From assembly GCA_965197745.1 (NCBI GenBank), contig CBDANS010000006.1, forward strand, positions 480,001-544,000: a stretch of 64,000 nucleotides of DNA, in the 5' to 3' direction. The position numbers and the translations under genes are program-made. The notes under the pieces were generated by a model, which worked only from the letters and a program-made list of their open reading frames with translations, searched no databases and had not been told where the DNA came from. Source of the stretch: Opitutales bacterium (lineage in GTDB: Bacteria > Verrucomicrobiota > Verrucomicrobiia > Opitutales > PNEW01). This document shows positions 29,505 to 40,495 of the stretch, piece by piece; position 1 is the stretch's first letter; each line of letters starts with the position of its first letter.

Positions 29505-32162
29505 GTGACCGCGCATAATTCAAAACTTAACACTATTTATCAGTTCTGGGCGAAACTCGTTGCGCGCGGCGCATGGGCGATTGTCTTCTTCGCATTCGTT
29601 TTAGCGTGGTTCTCATTTTCCTACACCAGGAACAACCTCGGGATTAATACCGACACTGTGGCGATGATTTCACCGGAACTTCCCTTCCGTAAAACCTTCG
29701 CCAACTATGAACAGGCTTTCCCAAATCACGCCGATAATATAGTAATTGTCGTTGACGCGGATACTCCGGAATTCGCGGACCAGGCCGCACGCGATCTGGT
29801 GGAACTCCTCAAAGGCGAACCGGATATTTTTGAAGACGCCTACCTCCCTGCCGGTGGGCCATTCATCGAACAAAACGGTCTGCTCTTTCTCGATTACGAG
29901 GCCCTCGAGGATCTCACGGATGATCTCTCCAAAGCGCAACCATTCCTCGCGTCACTGTTTCAGGATCAGAGCCTGAGAGGATTATTCGAGTTGCTCGATA
30001 TCGCTGTGCGCGAATTGGAAAACGATGAGGAGCTCAATCTCGATACGTTTTTTCTAAAAATCGACACACCCTTCCGCAAGACCCTCGATAACGAACCCTA
30101 TTACCTCTCCTGGCAGGACATCTTGAGCGACAAGGATTCCAAGATCAGTGATAGAAAACGATTCATAATGGCCAAACTGAAGTTCGACTATAACAAGATT
30201 CTCCCCGCTGAACGCGCCCTTGATGCTATCCACACCTGGGGTGAGGATCTTGCCGGCGATGGAACACGGGGAATTCGCGTAAGAGTTACCGGAGCGCCGG
30301 CTCTTGGGCATGAAGAGATGGTAAGCCTGATGGAGGGATCAAACGCCGCCGGCATCGCTTCACTCATTCTTGTATTCTTTTCTTTATTGTTCGGCTTTCG
30401 TTCACTCCCCATGGTTTTCGCCACAATCATTTCTCTTGTCGTGGGGATCCTCTACACCGCGGCTTTCGCAACCTGGGCTATTGGTCACCTCAATTTGATT
30501 TCAATCGCTTTCGCCATCCTTTATATCGGACTGGGGGTCGATTACGGCATTCACTTTTGTCTCCGCTATCGCGAGTGCTCCACCCATTCTAACAACCGCC
30601 TGGAAGCCCTTCACCATACCATCAGTTACATGGCGCCGGCGCTTGGCCTCTGTTCAATTTCAACGGCTATCGGGTTTTACGCTTTTGTTCCCACTGCGTA
30701 TCTCGGTGTTTCTGAACTGGGCCTTATTTCGGGCACCGGCATGTTCATCAGTTTTATTATCAGCATGACCCTTTTGCCGGCAATTCTTCATCTCTTTCCG
30801 AAAGTTCAGAGGCGGGCAAATGCGACGGATCCTGAAAAGGTGGAACCCAATTACCTGCAGCGATTGCCCATTCATCACAGCCGTTCTGTTTGCATTGTCG
30901 CCGGCATCATAATCGCGGGTTCTATCATTCTGCTCACCCGGGCGCAGTTCGATTACGATCCCATTAAACTTCGTGATCCCAGCACCGAATCTGTTCAAAC
31001 CGTAATGGACATGATCGCAGACACAGGTAAGCATCCTTCGACCATAATCACCCTGTCCTCAAGCGTGGAGGAGACCAGACGACTGAGCGAACAATTGGAA
31101 GTTCTTCCCGAAGTTGATCGTGTTATTTCCATTCTCTCTTACATTCCGGATGAGCAGGAGGATAAACTTATTCTCATCGAGGAGATCGATCTCATCCTTG
31201 GTCTTCAGTTACTCGACACCTCTCTTGTCTCTGCGCCCACGGCTAATGAACAGATTGAAAAACTAAGCGACTTTCTTGCTACCGTGCAGGACAGCCCATT
31301 AAAAGAGCAAAGCGCCTCGCTTCGCGAACTGGAATCGACCCTGATCGAATTTGAGCAGAAGGTGAATGCAACTACACCTGAAACGGCTGAATCGATTCTT
31401 AGCGACGCCGAATCAAGCCTCCTTGCCACCCTCCCTATTGCCGTGAACCGATTGCGCACGGCCCTTTCATCCGCTGAATCATTCACCTTAAATGACATTC
31501 CCGACTCGCTTAAAGACCTTTGGGTCAGCCGGGACAAACAGTATCGTATCCAGGTTTTTCCCGCCACCGATATCAGCGATAATTTCGAACTCAAACAGTT
31601 TGTCACCGCCGTCAGGACGGTCATTCCGAATGCCACTGCCGGACCTGTTTTTATCTACGAGTCGGGACGTGCTATTGTTGCCTCATTCAAACAGGCATTT
31701 ACCAGCGCCGTGGTGCTGATCTCAATCCTTTTATTCCTCATTTTCCGTAATGTGATTGATCCCGTCCTTGTCCTCGTGCCCTTGATCATAGCAGGAATTA
31801 TTACGGGAGCGTCCACCGTAGTTTTTAACATCCCTTTTAACTTTGCCAATATTATCGCGATTCCCCTCTTGCTCGGACTCGGCGTCGATAATGGAGTCCA
31901 TTTAGTCCACAGGCTTCACGATCCACAAATCGATAAGTCACACATCCTGGCTACCAGTACAGCCCGGGGTATTTTTTTCAGCGCCTTGACTACCATTTTC
32001 AGTTTCGGAACCCTCGCCTTCCTCACTCACCGTGGCACTTCAAGTATGGGCCAGTTGCTTACGATCGGCGTTTTTCTTACCATGGCGGTCACCCTCATCG
32101 TCTTACCGGCATTCCATTTTCTACCACGCCGGTTGAATATAGAGGATAAGAATTCCTCTTAA
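29505..32162 (+). CDS. hpnN: MMPL/RND transporter, hopanoid-associated HpnN-like
   Basis: INTDT..MISPELPFR, two GLGVD motifs, FNFANIIAIPLLLGLGVD, HRGTSSMG. Confidence 0.82.
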   Translation: MTAHNSKLNTIYQFWAKLVARGAWAIVFFAFVLAWFSFSYTRNNLGINTDTVAMISPELPFRKTFANYEQAFPNHADNIVIVVDADTPEFADQAARDLVELLKGEPDIFEDAYLPAGGPFIEQNGLLFLDYEALEDLTDDLSKAQPFLASLFQDQSLRGLFELLDIAVRELENDEELNLDTFFLKIDTPFRKTLDNEPYYLSWQDILSDKDSKISDRKRFIMAKLKFDYNKILPAERALDAIHTWGEDLAGDGTRGIRVRVTGAPALGHEEMVSLMEGSNAAGIASLILVFFSLLFGFRSLPMVFATIISLVVGILYTAAFATWAIGHLNLISIAFAILYIGLGVDYGIHFCLRYRECSTHSNNRLEALHHTISYMAPALGLCSISTAIGFYAFVPTAYLGVSELGLISGTGMFISFIISMTLLPAILHLFPKVQRRANATDPEKVEPNYLQRLPIHHSRSVCIVAGIIIAGSIILLTRAQFDYDPIKLRDPSTESVQTVMDMIADTGKHPSTIITLSSSVEETRRLSEQLEVLPEVDRVISILSYIPDEQEDKLILIEEIDLILGLQLLDTSLVSAPTANEQIEKLSDFLATVQDSPLKEQSASLRELESTLIEFEQKVNATTPETAESILSDAESSLLATLPIAVNRLRTALSSAESFTLNDIPDSLKDLWVSRDKQYRIQVFPATDISDNFELKQFVTAVRTVIPNATAGPVFIYESGRAIVASFKQAFTSAVVLISILLFLIFRNVIDPVLVLVPLIIAGIITGASTVVFNIPFNFANIIAIPLLLGLGVDNGVHLVHRLHDPQIDKSHILATSTARGIFFSALTTIFSFGTLAFLTHRGTSSMGQLLTIGVFLTMAVTLIVLPAFHFLPRRLNIEDKNSS

Positions 32163-33175
32163 CTTTCCGGGTTTTCGGTGTCCGCGCTTGCTTTCACTCC
32201 CCGGTTAATCCAGGCGATGAGACGCCGGCTCTCGATCAGTTGCCAGTAAATTAATGCGGGGATGCCGATGACAATGCTTCGGGCGCGGATAAGAAGTGAA
32301 AGCGCCAGGGCAATATCGGGTCCGATACCGACGATCATCCCCACGAGAACGAGTCCGCCTTCCTGGACTCCAATCGCTGCCGGTACCATGAAAGCCGCGT
32401 TGCGAATCGCGTGCACCATGCTTTCAAGGATGAGCGCTTCGAACACACCGACGTTGTAGCCAAGAAAATGTAACCCGATGATTATTTGACCGGTTCCGAC
32501 TACCACTCCGAAGATACGCCATAAGGCTGCGATTACTATATCGGTGCGGCGGCGGTAGATGGATTGTATCGCCTCGTCCAGGATCCGCGCACCTTCCGTA
32601 ATAGTGCTCCAGTCACCGACCTTAACCGTCTTTTCCAGTAATTGCGTCAGTTTCAAAAACAGGCCCGCCCGTTGGGCGATATAGAATACTGTAATTAATA
32701 TTCCGAGAATGATGATACCGATTCCCGCGGCGATGGCGGTGTCGTTTAATTTATCGTACTGAGTCAATAAAAGGATTCCTCCGCCCGCATAAAATAATTG
32801 AGCGCCCACCGCGAAGGTGATGTCAACGATGACACTCGCGCCCGATAGGGCGTTGGACACGCCCCTGAGCGTCAGGAGTCTTGCGCGCACGAAATCTCCT
32901 CCCACCTGGGCTACGGGCAGAAGCGAGTTCACTGAACCGCCCACCCATTGCAGCACGAACACTGTCCAAAATGATGGACGGTTCATCGCCGGTATGAGGC
33001 GGCCCCAGCAGTTAGCCGCCGCTACCATGGGAATGAGATGAAAAAGACAAAGGGCGAAAAGTCCCCATCCCGAGGAAACCAGGGCCGCTATTACGCGCTC
33101 AAGTCCGTAGAATGTAATCAGGCCGATGAGTAAGCTGAAGCCGACAACCAGAAAGATACTTACCGCCGTTTTCAT
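32159..33175 (-). CDS. Lysylphosphatidylglycerol synthase TM-domain (HpnL-like) membrane protein
   Basis: VNSLLPVAQVGGD..RARLL, AFMVPAAIGVQEGG; next to hpnN-like gene. Confidence 0.75.
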   Translation of the reverse strand: MKTAVSIFLVVGFSLLIGLITFYGLERVIAALVSSGWGLFALCLFHLIPMVAAANCWGRLIPAMNRPSFWTVFVLQWVGGSVNSLLPVAQVGGDFVRARLLTLRGVSNALSGASVIVDITFAVGAQLFYAGGGILLLTQYDKLNDTAIAAGIGIIILGILITVFYIAQRAGLFLKLTQLLEKTVKVGDWSTITEGARILDEAIQSIYRRRTDIVIAALWRIFGVVVGTGQIIIGLHFLGYNVGVFEALILESMVHAIRNAAFMVPAAIGVQEGGLVLVGMIVGIGPDIALALSLLIRARSIVIGIPALIYWQLIESRRLIAWINRGVKASADTENPES

Positions 33176-33207
33176 CTTTTTTATCCAGAAGTAATTAATT
33201 GATTTGT

Positions 33208-34374
33208 CTACTTTATAGCACTGTCCATCGCCTCATCGTAAACCTCAAGGGTCTTGCGGGCACACGCTTCCCAGGTGAAAGTTTGTGCGCGCTGCTGACC
33301 TCGGTGAATTAGTTCGTTGCGCAGCGTTTCATCCTCATTTAATTTAATGAGCGCATCAGCGATCTCTGCCGTCAAAAAGGGATTGACCTGCAGGGCTGCA
33401 TCGCTGCTAACCTCGGGCAGCGCACTCACATTTGAGGTGACCACAGGGGTGCCACAGGCCATCGCCTCCAGGACCGGGATCCCGAATCCTTCGTAGAGCG
33501 AGGGAAAGAGGAAAACACGCGCGCGGTTGTAGAGTCCCCTGAGTTGAGCATCCGTTACACTGGGGAGAATAATCACCTTTTTTTTACCATCGGGACGTTT
33601 AAGGATACGCTTCATTTCCCAATCACCCCAACGGGAGAATCGTCGCACCAGGACAAACTGGAAATCGGAATGTTCGGCAAAGGCCTGCAAAAATGCCTCA
33701 GCTGCGCGTCCCTGGTTTTTATAGGGTGATCCCTGTCCGACGGAAAGAATGAAGCGGGTTTCCGGGGAAATGAGCTCGGCTGTATCGCGCTCCGCCTCTT
33801 CCTCTGAAATGGGTTTGAAGTAGGGTTCAAGGCCGTTATGGGTGACCCGCGTGCGCTGGCCGGCTTCCGGGTTGTATTCGGCAATGGCTTCACGCGAGGC
33901 GTGGGAAACGGTCAATAACAACGTGGCGTGATTGAGGGCATGGTTGATGCCGAAGCGATAGAAATTACCGGCAGCGAACCGGAGAAGAAAAGAAGATGCG
34001 CAGTACTCGGGTCGACACAGCCACATGACATCGTGGATGGTCGCTATCGATCTGCAGGGTATTCCGCGCGGTAGGACGTTGAACGGACTGTGATAGATAT
34101 CCATTTCCTCAAGATTGATACTGCGCATTAGCCCCAGGAGGGTGCGCATGGAATGAGCGGGCGCGTTTAAAGTTACTTCCCGCACCCGGTTCCCATTCGG
34201 TCCATCAACAATGGGACGTTTATTGCCCGATGGGACAATCAGCGTCAGTTCCAACTCGGAATCGAGCTCAATGAAATGCTTAATGAGATGGTGGGTGTAA
34301 CGACCGACCCCTCCAGAAGGAAATACCTCCGTCTCAGTCGTTCGGATGTAACGGGCATCGAGTGCTACTTTCAC
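33208..34374 (-). CDS. Glycosyltransferase family 4
   Basis: [26 protein letters not shown]. Confidence 0.93.
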   Translation of the reverse strand: MKVALDARYIRTTETEVFPSGGVGRYTHHLIKHFIELDSELELTLIVPSGNKRPIVDGPNGNRVREVTLNAPAHSMRTLLGLMRSINLEEMDIYHSPFNVLPRGIPCRSIATIHDVMWLCRPEYCASSFLLRFAAGNFYRFGINHALNHATLLLTVSHASREAIAEYNPEAGQRTRVTHNGLEPYFKPISEEEAERDTAELISPETRFILSVGQGSPYKNQGRAAEAFLQAFAEHSDFQFVLVRRFSRWGDWEMKRILKRPDGKKKVIILPSVTDAQLRGLYNRARVFLFPSLYEGFGIPVLEAMACGTPVVTSNVSALPEVSSDAALQVNPFLTAEIADALIKLNEDETLRNELIHRGQQRAQTFTWEACARKTLEVYDEAMDSAIK

Positions 34375-34742
34375 TTTTCGTTTAATTTAAATAAATGGGT
34401 TTGAAATACCGTAATTAAAGGACGAAGCACTCCTCTTTCCCGGAAGAGCCCAATCGTTTCAAGCATACCCGAAGCCAAGAAAACCCAATCCTCTTTCACT
34501 GACAATGCCTAAAATGCTATGGCATTCCCATAAAGTGCGGAAATGCAATAATAGGTGTAAGCGATTATGCGTGTACGCGATAATGGGGATGTATTCCTTC
34601 GCACCCCCGAATAAGTCGATATTGGTGGAGCGGGCTGTCTCAGCACGCTTTAGTATAAGTTATGATTAGTGGCTATTCTTCTCTTAAATTCTTTCTTGGA
34701 TTCTTGTCCCTCTTATGGCTATATTCTCAATTCCATGCTTAA

Positions 34743-34828
34743 GCCCGGGTGGCGGAATGGTAGACGCTGCGGACTTAAAATCCGTTGTCCGTGAGGACGT
34801 GAGGGTTCGAGTCCCTCCCCGGGCACCA
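34743..34828 (+). tRNA. tRNA-Leu(TAA)
   Basis: GCCCGGG acceptor stem, GGAATGGTAGAC D-loop, anticodon loop CTTAAAA, long variable arm, GGTTCGAGTCC T-loop, encoded CCA. Confidence 0.96.
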
Positions 34829-35110
34829 TAGAAATACTATGTCTACTAAGTACTTAAATATTTTTTATGTTCGTAATTGAGAAAACCTGAAACGAACACA
34901 ATCGAACAAAAATATCCATATTCGCCCGAAAAAATAGCAACAAATAGCAACGGTTTTATGTCTATTTATTTAAAAATCTCTGATTAACAATAAATCAACG
35001 ACTAATAATACAAGTAAGAGAGGATCACTGAGAAAATGTTGAGTTAGATGTATAATCTCTGGGCGCTGACCCAGAGGCTTTACACTCGAGCCGTTTTGTT
35101 TCTTTATGAA

Positions 35111-35677
35111 ATGGACTATTTAACCCACTATTATAAGAAGGGCGACCAGCCATTTAGAAGTCTATCATTCTTGCCCGACTCTGAGGCGATTCGGGTTGCT
35201 CAAGGATTCCAGGGTGAAACTGCAGTTGTTTACCGACGATTTAAAGAGCCCGAAAAATACTGGTCTTCAAGAAGGAGAACTGAGCGTTGGGTTCGAGAAG
35301 CGTTCATTCACAAAGGCGGAGTTCCCACGGTAGACCATCCTCAATACATGGTTCTTGGATCGTCTTTTTTCATCAGCGAGGGATATAATCTTAATTGCGA
35401 TGAAATTCGAATCCCGTTGTCTGACTTCGACGAAAGTGAAATTAGCTTCACCTACCCTGACAGCATGGTATCTTTGATGTTGCTGGAGGAGCGGCAGGAA
35501 GAGCAGTACTTTCACCCGGAATATCACGGCAAGGTGTTCACGTTGCTAGAAATTGTGGGTGTTGTAGAAGAGTTTGGACTACCGGTTCGTGAGTGGGAGA
35601 AAGATCCCAAGCGAAAATACGACTTTTTCGTCGAGGCACAAGTCTGGACGGATAGGATATTTGACGAACATAAGTAA
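35111..35677 (+). CDS. Hypothetical cassette-like protein
   Basis: MDYLTHYY...PFRSLS...ISFTYPDSM...FVEAQVW; followed directly by an attC-like site; ORF track starts at 35048. Confidence 0.75.
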   Translation: MDYLTHYYKKGDQPFRSLSFLPDSEAIRVAQGFQGETAVVYRRFKEPEKYWSSRRRTERWVREAFIHKGGVPTVDHPQYMVLGSSFFISEGYNLNCDEIRIPLSDFDESEISFTYPDSMVSLMLLEERQEEQYFHPEYHGKVFTLLEIVGVVEEFGLPVREWEKDPKRKYDFFVEAQVWTDRIFDEHK

Positions 35678-35680
35678 GAA

Positions 35681-35748
35681 ACATAACAAGCGGATCAAGC
35701 GTGTCGATTTGCCAAACGGCAAATCGTAGCTTATCCCAGAAATTATGT
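35681..35748 (+). other. Degenerate integron attC-like site
   Basis: ACATAAC (R'') ... GGATCAAGC / GCTTATCC (L''/L') ... ATTATGT (R' with G to A change); 9-bp inner stem CGATTTGCC/GGCAAATCG. Confidence 0.65.
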
Positions 35749-35780
35749 CGCTATGGGATGGAAGAAATAGGGTCAGACCC

Positions 35781-37351
35781 GAATGGCGTTAAGATAAGGG
35801 TGGTTTAGGATGATAAAAGCCTTTGTTTTTTCGTGAAGCAGAGACGGTCATCATGGCTCGTGGATGAGTCAATCGTTGGAAAGGTATAGGTCTACGTTTG
35901 AGGACTCTTGGTTCGTATCGGAAGGGACGTAGGGGGACCGATTCGAGGGCAATGAGGTGTATCATCTCGTCAATGACAGATCGTTGGGCTCTGGGATTAA
36001 ACCGGGTGGCCGCGAGCGCACTTTGATATTGGCGGAGGGTGTCAACAGCCCCCTTGAAGCTTAGCCAGGAGAGGTCGCGGTGGAAGGCACTGGCAGCTTG
36101 CTGCAAAAGAGCGCGGATGAGATTGTAGGCGATGGCAAACATCGCAATCTCTTTGCGCACGAGAGCGACCGAGCGAGAGCGCAGGATCTCCATCCCCATG
36201 GTGGTTTTGATGTGGCGAAAGTAAAGCTCCACTGCCCAGCGCCGATAGTATAATTCTCCGAGATCGTGGTGGGAGTATTGGTGAGGATCGCTCAAGGTAG
36301 TCACGAGGTCTACGCTATGGGCGCGGAAACCTTTGATGAAAATGAAAATCTTCACCAGCCGTACGGGGATCTCATCAGGGATTTGCCGCCACTGCTCGCG
36401 ACTGAAGCCGAAGACATTTTGCGGCTTCTTCCACATGATCAGCCGGTCATACCTACCCAAGGACCTGCCCTGACGAAAGTCGCTTCTTCGTTGCTGATGC
36501 AAACGCATGACCGCTTCAGCACCGCGGCCTTTAAGCAGGGCAATATTGAGGTAAGAGCAAAATCCCCGGTCGGCAAGGACCACATCACCCTTTTGAAAAA
36601 ATCCGATCATGCCCCGCAACAGCACACTGTCATGATGCCTTAGTGAGGACTCCATCCAGTGTAAAAGCGCCCCACTGGCTAAAGAAAAACAGCCCACCAG
36701 CTTCACCACCGGAAAGCCGCAGCCGCTTCGTTGCTGCGAAGGCTGTGGGTAACACCTCTGCAAGCACGGCGTATCGGCGGTGGCGATACCCGTGCCGTCG
36801 ACCACTTTTACCTCGTGACCTTTCCACCGTTGATCGTCGGTCACTCTCCCGGCCACCTCTTCACTGATCGCTTCATGGATCCCGTGCAGGTCTTGCACCA
36901 ACAGCCGTTGCCTCGCCTGACAGTAGGCCGAGGCCGTTCCTTTAGCCAACTTCAGCCCCTTCATGCTGCAATAGCTCTGGAGCTTGCGCACCACTTCCCG
37001 GCAGGCAGTCCGTGGTGAGAGCACTTGGAACAAAAATGCCCAGAAGGTCACGTTTTGGCTGAACAATCTCCGCCGGCTGTTAGCCCCTCGAGGCTTCCGG
37101 TGTAAATACTTTTGCGGCACCCACTGCCCGAAGATATCCGATAGCTCGGAAAGACTTGACCGCCGTATTTCTACCAGCTTACCCTCCATCTGTGCAAGGG
37201 CTGTTCGGGGAGCACGACCGAACAGGACCTGATTAAATCCTGGAAAATAACGAGTTAAGTTTTGTTTTTGCATGCTCGTTAGGGTAGCTCTCCAACGGTC
37301 CCTGTACAAGCATCTATTGCACTCATTCTATCCCTTATCTTAACGCCATTC
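35781..37351 (-). mobile_element. IS4-family insertion sequence, copy 1
   Basis: 20-bp IR GAATGGCGTTAAGATAAGGG; near-identical inverted copy at 38582-40154. Confidence 0.92.
35789..37309 (-). CDS. IS4-family DDE transposase (intact)
   Basis: VDGT, ADRGF, YYRRWAVELYFRHIK (YREK signature). Confidence 0.93.
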   Translation of the reverse strand: MYRDRWRATLTSMQKQNLTRYFPGFNQVLFGRAPRTALAQMEGKLVEIRRSSLSELSDIFGQWVPQKYLHRKPRGANSRRRLFSQNVTFWAFLFQVLSPRTACREVVRKLQSYCSMKGLKLAKGTASAYCQARQRLLVQDLHGIHEAISEEVAGRVTDDQRWKGHEVKVVDGTGIATADTPCLQRCYPQPSQQRSGCGFPVVKLVGCFSLASGALLHWMESSLRHHDSVLLRGMIGFFQKGDVVLADRGFCSYLNIALLKGRGAEAVMRLHQQRRSDFRQGRSLGRYDRLIMWKKPQNVFGFSREQWRQIPDEIPVRLVKIFIFIKGFRAHSVDLVTTLSDPHQYSHHDLGELYYRRWAVELYFRHIKTTMGMEILRSRSVALVRKEIAMFAIAYNLIRALLQQAASAFHRDLSWLSFKGAVDTLRQYQSALAATRFNPRAQRSVIDEMIHLIALESVPLRPFRYEPRVLKRRPIPFQRLTHPRAMMTVSASRKNKGFYHPKPPLS

Positions 37352-37538
37352 GGGTCAGACTGCGAATTCTTTGATTGATAAGAAACTATGGGAGAACTGG
37401 AATTGCGAGAGAATGGCTCGAAAGCCAAGGATTGAAAGTAACGATGGGCTCTATGTTAGTATCTTTCGGCGTGAGCAGAAGAACAGAAGTAAAGCCTACA
37501 GAACTTTGAATAAAATCAAAGAATTCGCAGTCTGACCC
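37352..37538 (+). mobile_element. 187-bp non-autonomous element M1 (REP-ended, RAYT-deletion-like)
   Basis: Perfect 25-bp terminal IR GGGTCAGACTGCGAATTCTTTGATT; internal mini-ORF MARKPRIE...KEFAV (37413-37535). Confidence 0.88.
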
Positions 37539-37705
37539 TTTACGTTTTCCTTGGCGATATTTTGTTATCGCTATGATCGAATTTGGCATAACCCAATACA
37601 ATAAGTAGGCATAGAATAGAAACTGTGTAGATTAACTTCATTTGTCTTTAATGCTAAAATCTGAAGTGCGACATTACCGCAATTTTGCTAGGCAAGATGA
37701 GAGCA

Positions 37706-38482
37706 TCATTGCATTCCATCATATACAAAAGGTTGAGTATCCGTAATAGGGTTAAAGTCTCTCTTGCGTAGGATTGGTTCAGAAGTTGGTAACGCATCAA
37801 CAGATGCATATAATACTTTTCTTATTAATGCCTCCTTCAATCTTACTGCTACGATACTCGTGTACAAACCTAGATTTCTAAATTTCTCTCTAGTTTGCCC
37901 ACCATACAAGCCACAGAACTTACTATCTGAATGAAAATAAGCACGTCCACAGGATGCAGGTTCTTCATTCACGTAAGCGACATATATACTCATGTTACTA
38001 GGAGATTTTTCTATCATATATGTATAATGGTTAAATTGATCATCGAAACTTTCGTTATGCACTTCTTCAAATATTACTCTTACATCATTTATTCCTTTTC
38101 TATCATTGATTTTACGTATTTCACATGATGATTTTTTGAAATCGTTTAATGATTCAATGCTTAAGGATAACACCATAAATTTCTCTATTGATTGACCCTT
38201 AAATCCTGCAGACAAAAGTTTTTCTCTCAAACATGATGGAGAATCGTGGCCATATACTTTCCATTCAAGATTACACTTATTCTTTCGTGCATATGAAATC
38301 TGTCTTTTTATCGCTTCATCAATATCTTTTTCAGAATGGTTTGAATATATAATTTCACAGATTTTTCCGTCGTTATGAAAATCTTTTACCACATTCTCTT
38401 CAAATACTCTCTGTGAATCAGGATATTCAATACTTTGCCTTTCCTCATCCAATAATCTCAGAATTTCAATTTTGTTTATCAC
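37706..38482 (-). CDS. GNAT-family acetyltransferase-like protein
   Basis: EWKVYGHD; LYGGQT...FRNLGLY acetyl-CoA motif; visibly AT-rich. Confidence 0.8.
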   Translation of the reverse strand: MINKIEILRLLDEERQSIEYPDSQRVFEENVVKDFHNDGKICEIIYSNHSEKDIDEAIKRQISYARKNKCNLEWKVYGHDSPSCLREKLLSAGFKGQSIEKFMVLSLSIESLNDFKKSSCEIRKINDRKGINDVRVIFEEVHNESFDDQFNHYTYMIEKSPSNMSIYVAYVNEEPASCGRAYFHSDSKFCGLYGGQTREKFRNLGLYTSIVAVRLKEALIRKVLYASVDALPTSEPILRKRDFNPITDTQPFVYDGMQ

Positions 38483-38581
38483 GATATTATCAATGGTTTC
38501 GCTCCATCCTTTATAAAATTATACCCAATATGCAAAATAGAAACAGCTAAATACAATCATGGAAGAAATAGGGTCAGAGTG

Positions 38582-40154
38582 GAATGGCGTTAAGATAAGG
38601 GATAGAATGAGTGCAATAGATGCTTGTACAGGGACCGTTGGAGAGCTACCCTAACGAGCATGCAAAAACAAAACTTAACTCGTTATTTTCCAGGATTTAA
38701 TCAGGTCCTGTTCGGTCGTGCTCCCCGAACAGCCCTTGCACAGATGGAGGGTAAGCTGGTAGAAATACGGCGGTCAAGTCTTTCCGAGCTATCGGATATC
38801 TTCGGGCAGTGGGTGCCGCAAAAGTATTTACACCGGAAGCCTCGAGGGGCTAACAGCCGGCGGAGATTGTTCAGCCAAAACGTGACCTTCTGGGCATTTT
38901 TGTTCCAAGTGCTCTCACCACGGACTGCCTGCCGGGAAGTGGTGCGCAAGCTCCAGAGCTATTGCAGCATGAAGGGGCTGAAGTTGGCCAAAGGAACGGC
39001 CTCGGTCTACTGTCAGGCGAGGCAACGGCTGTTGGTGCAAGACCTGCACGGGATCCATGAAGCGATCAGTGAAGAGGTGGCCGGGAGAGTGACCGACGAT
39101 CAACGGTGGAAAGGTCACGAGGTAAAAGTGGTCGACGGCACGGGTATCGCCACCGCCGATACGCCGTGCTTGCAGAGGTGTTACCCACAGCCTTCGCAGC
39201 AACGAAGCGGCTGCGGCTTTCCGGTGATGAAGCTGGTGGGCTGTTTTTCTTTAGCCAGTGGGGCGCTTTTACACTGGATGGAGTCCTCACTAAGGCATCA
39301 TGACAGTGTGCTGTTGCGGGGCATGATCGGATTTTTTCAAAAGGGTGATGTGGTCCTTGCCGACCGGGGATTTTGCTCTTACCTCAATATTGCCCTGCTT
39401 AAAGGCCGCGGTGCTGAAGCGGTCATGCGTTTGCATCAGCAACGAAGAAGCGACTTTCGTCAGGGCAGGTCCTTGGGTAGGTATGACCGGCTGATCATGT
39501 GGAAGAAGCCGCAAAATGTCTTCGGCTTCAGTCGCGAGCAGTGGCGGCAAATCCCTGATGAGATCCCCGTACGGCTGGTGAAGATTTTCATTTTCATCAA
39601 AGGTTTCCGCGCCCATAGCGTAGACCTCGTGACTACCTTGAGCGATCCTCACCAATACTCCCACCACGATCTCGGAGAATTATACTATCGGCGCTGGGCA
39701 GTGGAGCTTTACTTTCGCCACATCAAAACCACCATGGGGATGGAGATCCTGCGCTCTCGCTCGGTCGCTCTCGTGCGCAAAGAGATTGCGATGTTTGCCA
39801 TCGCCTACAATCTCTCATCCGCGCTCTTTTGCAGCAAGCTGCCAGTGCCTTCCACCGCGACCTCTCCCGGCTAAGCTTCAAGGGGGCTGTTGACACCCTC
39901 CGCCAATATCAAAGTGCGCTCGCGGCCACCCGGTTTAATCCCAGAGCCCAACGATCTGTCATTGACGAGATGATACACCTCATTGCCCTCGAATCGGTCC
40001 CCCTACGTCCCTTCCGATACGAACCAAGAGTCCTCAAACGTAGACCTATACCTTTCCAACGATTGACTCATCCACGAGCCATGATGACCGTCTCTGCTTC
40101 ACGAAAAAACAAAGGCTTTTATCATCCTAAACCACCCTTATCTTAACGCCATTC
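38582..40154 (+). mobile_element. IS4-family insertion sequence, copy 2
   Basis: Same 20-bp IRs as copy 1, opposite orientation. Confidence 0.92.
38624..40146 (+). pseudogene. IS4 transposase frameshifted by a 2-bp (CT) duplication near 39811-39816
   Basis: aatctctcatcc versus aatctcatcc in copy 1. Confidence 0.88.
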
Positions 40155-40341
40155 GGGTCTGACTGCGAATTCTTTGATTGATAAGAAACTATGGGAGAAC
40201 TGGAAATGCGAGAGAATGGCTCGAATGCCAAGGATTGAAAGTAAAGATGGTCTCTATGTTAGTTTCTTTCAGCGTGAGCAGAAGAACAGAAGTAAAGCCT
40301 ACAGAACTTTGAATAAAATCAAAGAATTCGCAGTCTGACCC
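40155..40341 (+). mobile_element. 187-bp element M2
   Basis: Near-identical to 37352-37538, same flanking tail TTTACGTTTTCC. Confidence 0.88.
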
Positions 40342-40495
40342 TTTACGTTTTCCATTCTAACTTGACTACCCTATCAACAAAGGACGAACTTTAAGCGGAG
40401 GTTAAGTATAATTATCAATCGAATCTCGAATATCTGAGATCATTGATAAATTGATTTAAAATACACCAGAAAGTTGCATCTACGGATTACAATAT

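Noticed and set aside
37413..37535. 40-aa mini-ORF in the MITE as a functional peptide
   Set aside because: Differences among copies are mostly amino-acid changing (K/M, R/G, N/K, S/I, R/C), consistent with a remnant rather than selection.
35781..40154. Invertible segment or composite transposon between inverted IS4 copies
   Set aside because: Both target elements keep the same orientation with leader on the left and body on the right, which fits two independent insertions; no outer target duplication is evident.
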